Shown: positions 26,506-36,203, counted from the first letter of the stretch. The stretch is 37,572 bases of DNA from Patescibacteria group bacterium UBA4787 (GCA_002402995.1 DHGX01000003.1:148309-185880), one strand, 5' to 3'. Program-made: numbers and translations. Notes: a model not told the origin generated them from the sequence alone.

Positions 26506-28782
26506 CTAGCTCTTTTTCTTTTTATCAAATTTCTTTATTTTGTTTTTTTTCTTATCTTCTGTTTTGGGTTTATCTTTCCATGTCAGATATAAATCTTCAA
26601 GCTCTTTTTGATTCTCGGGTTTTTTGTTGGTGATAAACGTACATTCCGGATAGCGGTTGCAACTATAAAATAGCTTGCCGCGTCCGCGAGATTTTCTTTC
26701 TACAACGTCGCCGATTTTGCAATGAGGACATTTAAAACCGATCCTGTTCCAAATTTTAGAAATTCCTTTGCATTCAGGATATTTTTTGCAACCTAAGAAA
26801 AAACCGAACCGACCGCGTTTGATTTTCATTTCTCCGCCGCATAAAGGACATTTTTCGCCTTTGGTTTTTTTTTGCAACTCTTTGATTTTAGCCGCTTCTT
26901 CGGGCATAGGCATAGTAAATTTATTTTCCGGATCAGGACAAGCCAAGAATTTTCCCATACGGCCGAATTTTATAATCATCGGTTTCCCACAGTGCGGGCA
27001 GGGCGTGTCAGAAATTTCAGCATATTTTTTAACGGTTTCTTCTTTTTCAATCAAATGTTTTTTGAATGGCCCATAAAATTCACGGCAAACTTCCACCCAA
27101 TTAATTTTTCCATCCGCGATTTGGTCAAATTCTTCTTCAATGTGAGAAGTGAAATTAATATCAATAATTTCCGGGAAATTTTCAACCAACATATCATTGG
27201 TAAGATAACCGATTTCCGTGGGATGGTATTTTTTTTCTATTTTTTCCACATAGCCGCGCTCTTGAATGGTCGCCAAGGTCGGCGCATAAGTTGACGGCCG
27301 GCCTACGCCATTGCTTTCCAGGGTTTTGATCAAGGTGGCGTCAGTGTATCGCCCCGGCGGTTCGGTAAAATGCTGTAAGGCATTAATTTCTTCGGCTTTT
27401 ATTTTTTCTCCTTCCATTAATTTCGGCAAAGACATTATTGACTCGTCTTCTGTTTTTTCGTCTAAGCCCTCGGTATAGACTTTAATAAATCCATCAAATT
27501 TAACTATTTGGCCCGCGGCGCGGAAGATATATTCATCTTTTAAATCAATACTTTTGATATCAATCGAGGTTTGATCAAAAATAGCCTGGGCCATTTGGCA
27601 GGCGACAGCGCGCTTCCAAATCAGGCCGTAAAGCTTTGCTTGTTCGCGCGATAGATAAGTGCTGATTTCACTGGGATGTTTTGTGGCGTCAGACGGCCTT
27701 ATGGCTTCATGCGCTTCTTGAGCGCCTTTTGATTTGTTGGCGAAATACCTGGGTTCGGCTAAAGCATATTCGCTTCCAAAATTATTTTTAATTGATTCGC
27801 GGATCTGCGCCAAAGCCGATTGAGCCAAGTTTAAGCTGTCGGTTCTCATATAAGTAATTAAGCCCTGGGTGCCCAGCGGTCCTAAGTCAATACCTTCGTA
27901 AAGTTGTTGGGCGATCATCATTGTTTGTTTGGCTGAAAAGCCGAATTTTCTAAAAGCTTCCTGCTGGAGGGTTGAAGTGGTAAACGGCGGAGCAGGATTC
28001 TTTTTTATTTCTTTTTTTTCAATGCCGCTTATTTGATAATTGGCTTTTTCTAAAATCGCGGTTAATTGTTTGGCCTGGTTTTCGTTTTTAATTTCTAACT
28101 TGCCCAATGTTTTGTCGTTAATCTTTTGCAGTTTGGCGGGAAAATATTGTTTTTCATTTTTTTTATCGAATTTTCCCTCAATTGACCAATATTCTTCTTT
28201 GATGAATTTTTTTATTTCGCGCTCTCTTTCTACAATTAAACGAACTGCCACGCTTTGAACGCGTCCGGCAGAAAGTCCATAACGTATTTTGCGCCACAAG
28301 AACGGAGACAGTTCATAGCCAACCAGGCGATCAACAATACGTCTGGCTTGCTGGGAATTAATTAGGTTCAGCTCCAATAAACGAGGGCTTTTTAGGGCCT
28401 CTTCAATGGCCGATTGCGTGATTTCGTGAAAAACAATGCGTTTAACGCGCGGATCAAGTTTTTTGTGGGCGATCGACTTTTCGTCGCCCAAGTCAAGCGC
28501 TTGAACTAAATGCCAAGAGATGGCTTCGCCTTCGCGGTCTTCGTCGGTGGCCAGAATGATTTCTTTGGCTTTTTGAGTTAAGGATTTTAATTCTTTTATT
28601 AGGGGTTTGGCTTTGGGATAGATGGCGTAGTTGGGTTTAAAATTATTTTCAACATCAATGCCAAGTTTGCTCTTTGGCAGATCGCGCACATGCCCGTACG
28701 ATGATTCAACTTTAAATTCGTTTCCCAAGAAACGGCTTATAGTTTTTGCTTTAGTTGGACTTTCTACTATAATTAATTTCAT
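26506..28782 (-). CDS. topA: DNA topoisomerase I
   Basis: MKLIIVESPTKAKTI, ATDEDREGE, SAGRVQS, ITYMRTDS, C4 zinc ribbons; start moved to ATG 28782. Confidence 0.97.
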   Translation of the reverse strand: MKLIIVESPTKAKTISRFLGNEFKVESSYGHVRDLPKSKLGIDVENNFKPNYAIYPKAKPLIKELKSLTQKAKEIILATDEDREGEAISWHLVQALDLGDEKSIAHKKLDPRVKRIVFHEITQSAIEEALKSPRLLELNLINSQQARRIVDRLVGYELSPFLWRKIRYGLSAGRVQSVAVRLIVEREREIKKFIKEEYWSIEGKFDKKNEKQYFPAKLQKINDKTLGKLEIKNENQAKQLTAILEKANYQISGIEKKEIKKNPAPPFTTSTLQQEAFRKFGFSAKQTMMIAQQLYEGIDLGPLGTQGLITYMRTDSLNLAQSALAQIRESIKNNFGSEYALAEPRYFANKSKGAQEAHEAIRPSDATKHPSEISTYLSREQAKLYGLIWKRAVACQMAQAIFDQTSIDIKSIDLKDEYIFRAAGQIVKFDGFIKVYTEGLDEKTEDESIMSLPKLMEGEKIKAEEINALQHFTEPPGRYTDATLIKTLESNGVGRPSTYAPTLATIQERGYVEKIEKKYHPTEIGYLTNDMLVENFPEIIDINFTSHIEEEFDQIADGKINWVEVCREFYGPFKKHLIEKEETVKKYAEISDTPCPHCGKPMIIKFGRMGKFLACPDPENKFTMPMPEEAAKIKELQKKTKGEKCPLCGGEMKIKRGRFGFFLGCKKYPECKGISKIWNRIGFKCPHCKIGDVVERKSRGRGKLFYSCNRYPECTFITNKKPENQKELEDLYLTWKDKPKTEDKKKNKIKKFDKKKKS

Positions 28783-28931
28783 AAAATTGTTTTTGTCCCG
28801 ATTTTGTTCCTCGATTTTATTACTATAAAATCGGGACGACAAAATCGAGGATCCTCGAAAAAATTACAAAATCAAAGATTTTGATTTTTCGGGACTTTAG
28901 TCGGCGATTCAACGATGACTAATTTCATTTT

Positions 28932-29786
28932 TTAATTGTTTAGATGATAATAGCCGTTGCCTAAATTTTTTATTTTTCCGGATATTTCCATAATAACTAA
29001 AAGTGAATTTATTTCGGAAGATGATTTATAACTTAATTTAATTATTTCGTCAATATGCGTGGGTTGATTTTTTATGATGGCAATAATTTTTAATTCATCA
29101 ACAGTAAAAGTTTTTTCATTAATATTATTTCGCGGTTCGATATTAAATATTTCTAAAATATCCTCCGTTTTGGTTACCGGATGCGCGCCCATTTTGATCA
29201 AATAATTTGGGCCTTCGGAATTAAGATTGAGAATACTTCCGGGCACGGCAAAAACTTCCCGATTTTGTTCCAGGGCGCATTTGGCGGTTATCAGAGAACC
29301 GGATTTAAACGGCGCTTCAATCACCAATGTGCCAAGAGATAAACCGGAAATAACGCGATTGCGTTCGGGGAATTGGTGTTTTAGCGGCGGCATATCCGGT
29401 TCGTATTCGGAGATAATAGCGCCGCCGGAAGCGATAATTTGTTCGGCTAATTTTTTATGCGCCGAAGGGTAAATATTGTTCAAGCCAGAACCCAAGACGG
29501 CGATAGTTTTACCCTTGGCTTCTAAGGCGGCTTGGTGGCTGGCGCCGTCAATTCCAAGAGCCAGGCCGCTGATTATAGTGAAACCATTTTGCGCCAATCC
29601 TCTTACGATTTTAGAGGCGATTTCTTTTCCTTCTCGGCTCATTTTTCTCGTGCCGACCACGGCGAACGGGAGGTCGTCCAAGGCTTTAATGTCTCCTAAG
29701 ATATAAATTTTTTTCGGCGGATCGTAAATTTCTTTTAAAAGTTTAGGATAATTTTTGTCTTTTATGTCTATGGTGGTTATTGACAT
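28932..29786 (-). CDS. dprA: DNA-processing protein DprA
   Basis: AVVGTR, SGLALGID, FPERNRVISGLS, SGSLITA. Confidence 0.96.
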   Translation of the reverse strand: MSITTIDIKDKNYPKLLKEIYDPPKKIYILGDIKALDDLPFAVVGTRKMSREGKEIASKIVRGLAQNGFTIISGLALGIDGASHQAALEAKGKTIAVLGSGLNNIYPSAHKKLAEQIIASGGAIISEYEPDMPPLKHQFPERNRVISGLSLGTLVIEAPFKSGSLITAKCALEQNREVFAVPGSILNLNSEGPNYLIKMGAHPVTKTEDILEIFNIEPRNNINEKTFTVDELKIIAIIKNQPTHIDEIIKLSYKSSSEINSLLVIMEISGKIKNLGNGYYHLNN

Positions 29787-30087
29787 AATGCGATTTTTAT
29801 GTTATAATTTTAATTAACCCAATGATATAGGTTTGAAAAAAAATAAACAAGATCTTTTAAAATTTATCTCGCCGTAGCCGAGCTTTTTGCGAGGCGAAGG
29901 CGGAAGGAGAATATAAAATGTCGGTTAAGAAGCCGGGCGAGCAAAGCCGATCCTGTCCCGAAACGCTTCGGTTGATTCTCGGTATTTTTTATTACGGCAT
30001 GTTGGTCGTGGGACTGGCGATTAAAATAGCCGCGGAGATGCTCCTCAAAAGCATCTTTAAGCATTCGTAATATTAATTTGCGAAAGG

Positions 30088-30420
30088 ATGAATATGTCGG
30101 AAATAGAAAAGCCGGCGAACCCCAAAGTCATAGAAGTTACTGACCAGAAGGTTGTTTTCAGTTATAAAAACAGCCACGTAACTTTTGCGCCCAAAGGCAA
30201 CCCCGACGTAAGGTCGGGGCTCCGACCGCAAGCGTCGGAGGTGGAACTCATTGGCAGCAAGTGCCCGGATCCGAGGAAGCCGCCGGACTTGATCGAAGAC
30301 GCGGTTTACAGAAAAATGCGTTGTCAGGCCAAGGCGATTTTCCGCGATCGTTGGGCAAACAATCAAGTCGAGAAAAAGGTAAAAATTGCCCAGAGCAATC
30401 AGTCCGAATTAAAATTTTAG
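30088..30420 (+). CDS. Hypothetical protein containing an in-frame palindromic insert
   Basis: AAAGGA upstream (start could be 30094), terminator directly downstream. Confidence 0.55.
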   Translation: MNMSEIEKPANPKVIEVTDQKVVFSYKNSHVTFAPKGNPDVRSGLRPQASEVELIGSKCPDPRKPPDLIEDAVYRKMRCQAKAIFRDRWANNQVEKKVKIAQSNQSELKF

Positions 30421-30457
30421 ACCCCCGCTAGAAAATCTAGCAGGGGTCTTTTCTTTT
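30419..30457 (+). terminator. Intrinsic terminator
   Basis: AGACCCCCGCTAGA-aaa-TCTAGCAGGGGTCT then TTTCTTTT. Confidence 0.7.
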
Positions 30458-30488
30458 CGCTCCAAATCTCTACAATGTTTATATTATG

Positions 30489-30707
30489 CCAGGTAGTGAA
30501 AATTCGATCCCGACGTCGAGGGGTCGGGACTCCGACCAAGGCGTCGGAGTAGTAAGTTTCAAGCTTTCCGCTTCGATTTATTACTTGGCTTCATCATTAA
30601 TAAAATAACTAATTCTTTGCTTTCAGTGCATTTTTAAATAATCGCACCTCTCGCCACGCTAACGCATTGGCGTAGCGGGCAAGAAGCATCGAATTTCTAC
30701 TACCTGG
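30489..30707 (+). mobile_element. Family B start-codon element, copy B3 (219 bp) with nested palindromes
   Basis: TATG|CCAGGTAGTGAAAATTCGAT...ATCGAATTTCTACTACCTGG|TATG of murG. Confidence 0.85.
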
Positions 30708-30708
30708 T

Positions 30709-31779
30709 ATGAAAATGAAAGTTATTTTAACCGGCGGGGGAACCGGCGGCTCGGTGACGCCGCTTATCGCCGTAGCGCAAAATTTAGAATCACGTTATCA
30801 AAATGAGATAGAATTTTTATGGTTAGGGACCAACAATGGGCCAGAAAAGAAATTAGTCTCAAGATATAACACAAAATTTATAGCCATACCGGCTGGAAAA
30901 TGGCGCAGGTATTTTTCTTGGCGAAATTGTTTGGATATTTTTAAGATAATTGCCGGTTTTATTTGTAGTTTTTTTATTATCATATTTTATCAGCCGAAAG
31001 TAATTGCTTCGGCTGGAAGTTTTGTTTCGGCGCCGGTAGTATGGGCGGCATGGCTTTTAAGAAGACCATCCTTGATACATCAACAAGATGTGGCGCCGGG
31101 TTTGGCCAATAAATTAATGGCGCCCTTCGCAGGAATTATTACCGTGGCCCTGGATAAATCTTTGAATGATTTTCCTCCGCAGAAAGTTAAATATGTCGGC
31201 AATCCTTATCGGCAGGAGATTTTGAACGGCTCGAAAGAGAGAGCTTTTCAATTTTTTGGCCTCGAGAAAGATTGGCCGGTAATTTTAGTGATAGGCGGCG
31301 GCACGGGTTCGGAATTTATGAATCATTTGATTGTTGAAGCCTTGCCAGAATTAACAACTTTTGTCCAAGTAATTCATCTTAGCGGCGAAAACAAATCTTT
31401 AGGCGCCAAATCAGATCGCTATCAACAATACTCATTTTTACAAGAAGAATTAAAAGACGCTTACGCTACGGCTGACCTGGTAATCACGCGCGCTGGTATG
31501 GGCGTTTTAACCGAATTAAGCATTTTAGGAAAACCATCCATAATTATTCCTATTCCGGATTCACACCAAGAAGTTAACGCCGATTATTTCGCGAAGCGCG
31601 GCGCGGCCATTGTTTTGCCGCAAAATAATTTAACCCCGCGGATTTTAGCAGAAAAAATCAAAGATTTAATTGCTCATAAAGATAAATTGTCGCTCTATCA
31701 GGAAAAAATAAAAACAATTATGCCGATTGACGCTACGCAAAGATTGGCGGATATTATTTATAGCTATTGCAAAAAATAA
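30709..31779 (+). CDS. murG: MurG N-acetylglucosaminyl transferase
   Basis: TGGGTGG, HQQDxxPGLANK, GNP, ADLVITRAG, HQEVNA. Confidence 0.93.
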   Translation: MKMKVILTGGGTGGSVTPLIAVAQNLESRYQNEIEFLWLGTNNGPEKKLVSRYNTKFIAIPAGKWRRYFSWRNCLDIFKIIAGFICSFFIIIFYQPKVIASAGSFVSAPVVWAAWLLRRPSLIHQQDVAPGLANKLMAPFAGIITVALDKSLNDFPPQKVKYVGNPYRQEILNGSKERAFQFFGLEKDWPVILVIGGGTGSEFMNHLIVEALPELTTFVQVIHLSGENKSLGAKSDRYQQYSFLQEELKDAYATADLVITRAGMGVLTELSILGKPSIIIPIPDSHQEVNADYFAKRGAAIVLPQNNLTPRILAEKIKDLIAHKDKLSLYQEKIKTIMPIDATQRLADIIYSYCKK

Positions 31780-31896
31780 ACTTTGTCCGTTTTTGTTCGT
31801 CTTTAATTCGCGCGAATAGTGGAATAGTTTAGCGTCCAAAATTTATAATTCCATTTTTTATTTTAATTTTTAATTTTTGAATTTTGAATTAAACTT

Positions 31897-32334
31897 ATGT
31901 TTATCACGATCCACGCTACTTCAGGCGCTTATATAGGCGAATTAGTTCATAATCCTGTCTTAGCTTTTCTGATGGGCGTAATTAGTCATTTTATTTTAGA
32001 TTTTATTCCTCACGATGATTCTAAATTTACCAAAGACAATAAATTAAGATTATTTTTTGTCGGTCTAATTGACGGATTAATCGCCGTTTTTTATCTTTTT
32101 ATGTTGCGCTCAAGGATAGATTTATTTTCGTTGTCAATTATGGCCGGCGTGGCTGGCGCGGTTATACCAGACATTCCTTGGTTAATTTATAAACTATTTA
32201 ATGCCAAACGTTTGGAAGGATATTATAATTTTCATAAAATTTTTCATCGAAAAAAGATAAATATTAATTATTGGCAAGGCATAACTATCCAGATAATTTT
32301 TCTAGCGGTTTTGACTTATCTGATTATAAAATAG
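31897..32334 (+). CDS. Membrane protein, metal-dependent-hydrolase-like
   Basis: N-terminal H, SHFILDFIPH, PD, FHxxFH motifs. Confidence 0.6.
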   Translation: MFITIHATSGAYIGELVHNPVLAFLMGVISHFILDFIPHDDSKFTKDNKLRLFFVGLIDGLIAVFYLFMLRSRIDLFSLSIMAGVAGAVIPDIPWLIYKLFNAKRLEGYYNFHKIFHRKKININYWQGITIQIIFLAVLTYLIIK

Positions 32335-32368
32335 AGGGTATTTACCCTGTGTTATCCGCGCTCGCTCG

Positions 32369-32499
32369 CCCCGTTAGAAGTCTGTCTCATATTGTATCCG
32401 TAATTAAATCCGCGAGATAACCCGTATTTTTTTAGTTAGTGTATTCTTGAGCAGAAAAAATTTCAAAGAAATTTTTTCTGCCGAAGACTTCTAACGGGG
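32369..32499. mobile_element. Family C MITE-like element, copy C2 (131 bp), opposite orientation to C1
   Basis: Same 14-bp IR; flanks CTCG/CTTG; shared CAGAAAAATTTC..AAATTTTTCTG hairpin. Confidence 0.8.
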
Positions 32500-32525
32500 C
32501 TTGCTCACAAATAATTATTTTTTAC

Positions 32526-32554
32526 TTGACAAAAAGGCAAAAATCTGCTACAAT
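32526..32554 (+). promoter_or_regulatory. Sigma70-type promoter
   Basis: TTGACA-17-TACAAT with TG extended -10. Confidence 0.7.
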
Positions 32555-32647
32555 TTAACATAGATCATTATAAATTCCTGTTGAATCTGTCGCAAATCGC
32601 GATGGATTATCCAGCAGGACAAATAACAAACCAAAAGGAGGTACGCG

Positions 32648-33421
32648 ATGGAAAAAACCATTGCCAACCCCGATCCGGCTAAAGTCATCAGCCGCGCCAG
32701 CGAATGCTTGCGCCGCTTGATGGAAGCAGGCCTGTCTTTCGAAGACCTGCAAAAACCGATCGACAATCCGGAAATGCGCCAGCGTTTGGTGCGTTTTTGG
32801 CAAACCGGCGCCCCCATACCATTTATTCAGTATTCATCTTCCAACGCCCTGTCAGACCTCTTCGATCGCCAGATCAAAACTCTGCGCGATCGGGGCTGTC
32901 CCAGTCAGGTGCTGGACATGCTCATCAGTCAGAAGTCCCAGGTCTTGTTCAGGGCCTCTGTCATGACCTTCAAGAAAGGTCGCATCCCGTTTTTGCCGGT
33001 CATCCTGTTCTCTGTGCTCAGCCCTTCAGCCCAGATGGCCATGGTCAGAAATGGAAACCAGACCGGCATCAGCTGTCTCGACACCAACGAGATCAAGGAC
33101 ATCGTCTCCACGCCTGTCCAGCCCTATTTCATCTTTGACGTGGAAGACGGCGAAGGCATGTTGGGCCGGTCCGTTCGCACAGCCACTGAGCTCATCAAGG
33201 ACATGAACCGTTCTCCTTTGACCGCTGCCGAGGTTATCAGTCTCGGCATCCAGGCCAAGGCGCTGTCCAAGCGCTACGTGGACGCAGGCGGCTCCCGCTA
33301 CAAGAGCGACCGCTGCGCCCCGTTCCTGTGCCTCGACGGCGGTCAGCCGGGGCTCGGCTGGAACTGCGTCGACAGCTCGTTCAGCGAGTGTGGCTCGGCA
33401 TCGTGCGGTAGTCGGTCCTAG
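32648..33421 (+). CDS. DUF5701-like protein, candidate DGR target (CLec-type C-terminus)
   Basis: AAGGAGG SD; DVEDG, RSPLTAAE, GSRY, GSASCGSR; GC-rich 3' end dominated by NNC codons. Confidence 0.65.
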   Translation: MEKTIANPDPAKVISRASECLRRLMEAGLSFEDLQKPIDNPEMRQRLVRFWQTGAPIPFIQYSSSNALSDLFDRQIKTLRDRGCPSQVLDMLISQKSQVLFRASVMTFKKGRIPFLPVILFSVLSPSAQMAMVRNGNQTGISCLDTNEIKDIVSTPVQPYFIFDVEDGEGMLGRSVRTATELIKDMNRSPLTAAEVISLGIQAKALSKRYVDAGGSRYKSDRCAPFLCLDGGQPGLGWNCVDSSFSECGSASCGSRS

Positions 33422-33554
33422 GGCTTTGGAGCTTTGGGCCTTTCGGTCTTCTTGGTCTTTGGAAATTCGGAAAAGCCCCAACACAAAAAGTGTTGGGGCT
33501 TCTTTTTTTCTCTAAATTTATTTTTTTGAGCGCGAATTTCACCTAATTTTTTAT

Positions 33555-33583
33555 TTGACAAAAAGTGAATTTTTTGATATATT
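33555..33583 (+). promoter_or_regulatory. Sigma70-type promoter with no downstream ORF
   Basis: TTGACA-17-TATATT with TG. Confidence 0.6.
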
Positions 33584-33677
33584 AATAGAATAGGAAAAGA
33601 TTTTTTACCTATATAATCTTGCTTGCTCGGAAAAGCAAATGAATTTGCTTTCCCCTCGCTTGCCGCGATTATAATCA

Positions 33678-33812
33678 AATCGGTCTTTATTGTTCTGTCT
33701 ATCAGTAGCCAAAACGACATCCCTCCTAGTTGTGAGTAGCTTAAATCAAGGTTAAATCCTGCTTGTCAGGTAGAGACCTTGAGCTGGTAGGCAGAATAAT
33801 CGAGATCGATTT
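33678..33812 (+). ncRNA. Candidate structured ncRNA (unassigned)
   Basis: About 28-bp closing stem with G-U pairs enclosing two hairpins, between promoter and terminator. Confidence 0.5.
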
Positions 33813-33824
33813 TTCAATTTAAAT

Positions 33825-33855
33825 AAAAAAGAGCGGCTCGTAAGCCGCTCTTTTT
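33825..33855. terminator. Bidirectional intrinsic terminator
   Basis: AAAAAAGAGCGGCT-cgta-AGCCGCTCTTTTT. Confidence 0.8.
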
Positions 33856-33985
33856 ATGATAATCTTGGCGATAATGATTTATTGTTTCTCACAATTTTTT
33901 CATTCTTTCTTTGAGTTCTACTTTTTACTTTCTACCCCGAACCACGTCGGGTTCGGGGTAGCCCAGCACCCCACATGGTGCAGGG

Positions 33986-35794
33986 CTATTTTCTATTCGC
34001 AATTTCTTTTTTTAATCTTTCAACCAATGATTTTAAGTCCGTTTGTCCGAGGTCTCCTTCTTTTCTCTTGCGGATAGATACTTTTTTGGCGGTTTGCTCT
34101 TTATCGCCCAGAATTAACATATAAGGAATTTTCTCGTGCTCGGTGTTTCTGATCTTTTTGCCAAGAGTGTCATTGGCTAAATCGATTTCCGCGCGAATTT
34201 CTTGCAAGCGAAGTTCGTCGGCCACTTCTTGGGCATAAGCATTAAATTTTTCAGAAATCGGCAAGATTTTGACTTGCACCGGCGCCAGCCACAAAGGGAA
34301 TTCTCCAGCATATTGTTCTATTAATACGCCAATAAATCTTTCAAAAGATCCGAACAAAGCGCGATGCAACATATATGGTCTTTCGTGTCGGCCTTCTTTG
34401 TTTGTGAAGATCATATCAAACTTTTCCGGTAAGTTAAAATCAAACTGCAGGGTTGAACATTGCCATTCTCTGTTAAGACAATCTTTTATCTTGAAATCTA
34501 TTTTCGGGCCGTAAAAAGCCGCTTCGCCTTCTTGTCTAATATAATCCAGTTTTTTTTCTTTTGCCACTTTTTCTAATACGTTTTGCGTAAATTCCCAGCC
34601 CTCGTCGTTGCCGGCATATTTTTCTTTATTATTCGGATCCCTCAAAGATAGATAGATGCCATAATCTTTAAATCCGAAAGTGCTTAGCATAAATATAATA
34701 AAATCCACAACCCTTTTTAATTCGTCGGCCACTTGTTCTTTGGCGCAAATAATATGAGCGTCGTCTTGAGTAAACCCGCGCACGCGCACTAAGCCGTTTA
34801 ATTCGCCAGATTTTTCATAGCGATATACGGTGCCGCATTCTGCCCAACGGAGGGGCAAGTCTCGATAAGAATGCGGGCGAGATTGATAAAGCATAACATG
34901 GAACGGGCAATTCATCGGTTTAAGCAAATATTCTTCTTTCTCTTTAATTTCAATATTATTTTGCAGTTCTTTTAAGGACTTGCTGACTTCAAGCGGGGGA
35001 TACATGCTTTCGTTATAGAAATTCCAATGACCTGATTGTTCCCATAGCCGTTGATTGCCAATATGCGGCGTTCTTACAAGCTCATATCCGTTTTTTAAGT
35101 GTTCTTTATACCAGAAATCTTCCATAGTTCGCCAAAGAATCGCGCCTTTGGGCAGCCACATAGGCAGTCCCATACCTACCACGGGGTCGATTAAAAATAA
35201 ATCGAGGTCTTGTCCTATTTTGCGATGATCTCTCTTTTTGGCTTCTTCAAGGTTTTTTAAATATTCATTAAGTTCTTTTTGGGAGGCGAAAGCCGTGCCG
35301 TAGATTCGAGTAAGCATTTTATTTTTGACATTGCCTCGCCAATAAGCGCCGGCCACGGACAATAATTTAAAATGCCCGAGTTCTTTGGTCGAATCCACGT
35401 GCGGGCCTCGGCAGAGATCCGTAAAATCGCCGACCTGGTAAAAAGAGACTTCGGTTTCGTTGTTTTTGCCTAACTCTTCAATGAGTTCTTGTTTGTAGGA
35501 TTGACCCTTCATTAATTCAAGAGCTTCTTTAATACTTAAAGATGATTTTTCGAAATTTAATTTTTGGCGGATAATTTCTTTCATCAAATTTTCGATTTTT
35601 TCTAAGTCGGATTCGGAAATGGATTCTTTGCCTAAATCAAAATCATAATAAAATCCGTTTTCAATGGTCGGGCCAATGGCGAACTTAACTTCAGGAAAAA
35701 TCCGCCTCATCGCCGCGGCCATAATATGCGAGGTAGAATGTCTAATCATGTCTAATTTTTCGCCTTGCTCCTGATTTTTATTTTTTTGGTTCAT
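33986..35794 (-). CDS. thrS: Threonine--tRNA ligase
   Basis: RHSTSHIMA, DLCRGPH, KPMNCPFH, RVRGFTQDDAH, HRALFGSFERF. Confidence 0.98.
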   Translation of the reverse strand: MNQKNKNQEQGEKLDMIRHSTSHIMAAAMRRIFPEVKFAIGPTIENGFYYDFDLGKESISESDLEKIENLMKEIIRQKLNFEKSSLSIKEALELMKGQSYKQELIEELGKNNETEVSFYQVGDFTDLCRGPHVDSTKELGHFKLLSVAGAYWRGNVKNKMLTRIYGTAFASQKELNEYLKNLEEAKKRDHRKIGQDLDLFLIDPVVGMGLPMWLPKGAILWRTMEDFWYKEHLKNGYELVRTPHIGNQRLWEQSGHWNFYNESMYPPLEVSKSLKELQNNIEIKEKEEYLLKPMNCPFHVMLYQSRPHSYRDLPLRWAECGTVYRYEKSGELNGLVRVRGFTQDDAHIICAKEQVADELKRVVDFIIFMLSTFGFKDYGIYLSLRDPNNKEKYAGNDEGWEFTQNVLEKVAKEKKLDYIRQEGEAAFYGPKIDFKIKDCLNREWQCSTLQFDFNLPEKFDMIFTNKEGRHERPYMLHRALFGSFERFIGVLIEQYAGEFPLWLAPVQVKILPISEKFNAYAQEVADELRLQEIRAEIDLANDTLGKKIRNTEHEKIPYMLILGDKEQTAKKVSIRKRKEGDLGQTDLKSLVERLKKEIANRK

Positions 35795-35807
35795 ATTTTT
35801 CTAATTA

Positions 35808-36018
35808 AAAAAACCTTTCATCTTTTAGATAATGGGACGAAAGGTTGCTTCCGTGGTTCCACCCACATTCTCTGACAAGCTTGCGCTGTCGGAGCGCTTT
35901 ATCCTCACACCAAATTTTGGTGTGGGGATTTAAGTAAATTGTTTTTTGGTTTAGCGGCCGAGTAATCGGCCGTTCCGGTTTAAATTCGGAAAAGCGCTTG
36001 GTAGGCGTTTCGATCACC
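35808..36018 (-). promoter_or_regulatory. T-box riboswitch leader of thrS
   Basis: Minus strand: GGGTGGAACCACG...TCGTCCC antiterminator overlapping AACCTTTC...GAAAGGTTTTTT terminator. Confidence 0.85.
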
Positions 36019-36203
36019 TTATATATATATTAAATAAGACGTTCAATTTGTCAACAAGTTACAATCTTTAGACATTTACCTCCGCCGGCAGGCGGAGTTT
36101 ACAAGGATAGTCAGGGAGGGGTTGTCCTTTCTATATTTTAATATATAATAACTCTTAATCATTCAATATTAAAAAATAAAGAAAAAATAAAGAGGTGAAT
36201 ATT

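Noticed and set aside
28783-28842. TopA N-terminal extension from TTG 28842
   Set aside because: Falls within the family D palindrome; the canonical start is MKLIIVES.
32704-33484. Alternative-frame ORFs of 144 and 152 aa
   Set aside because: By-products of the high GC content of the 32648-33421 gene.
35805-36017. 70-aa ORF upstream of thrS
   Set aside because: Coincides with the T-box leader RNA.
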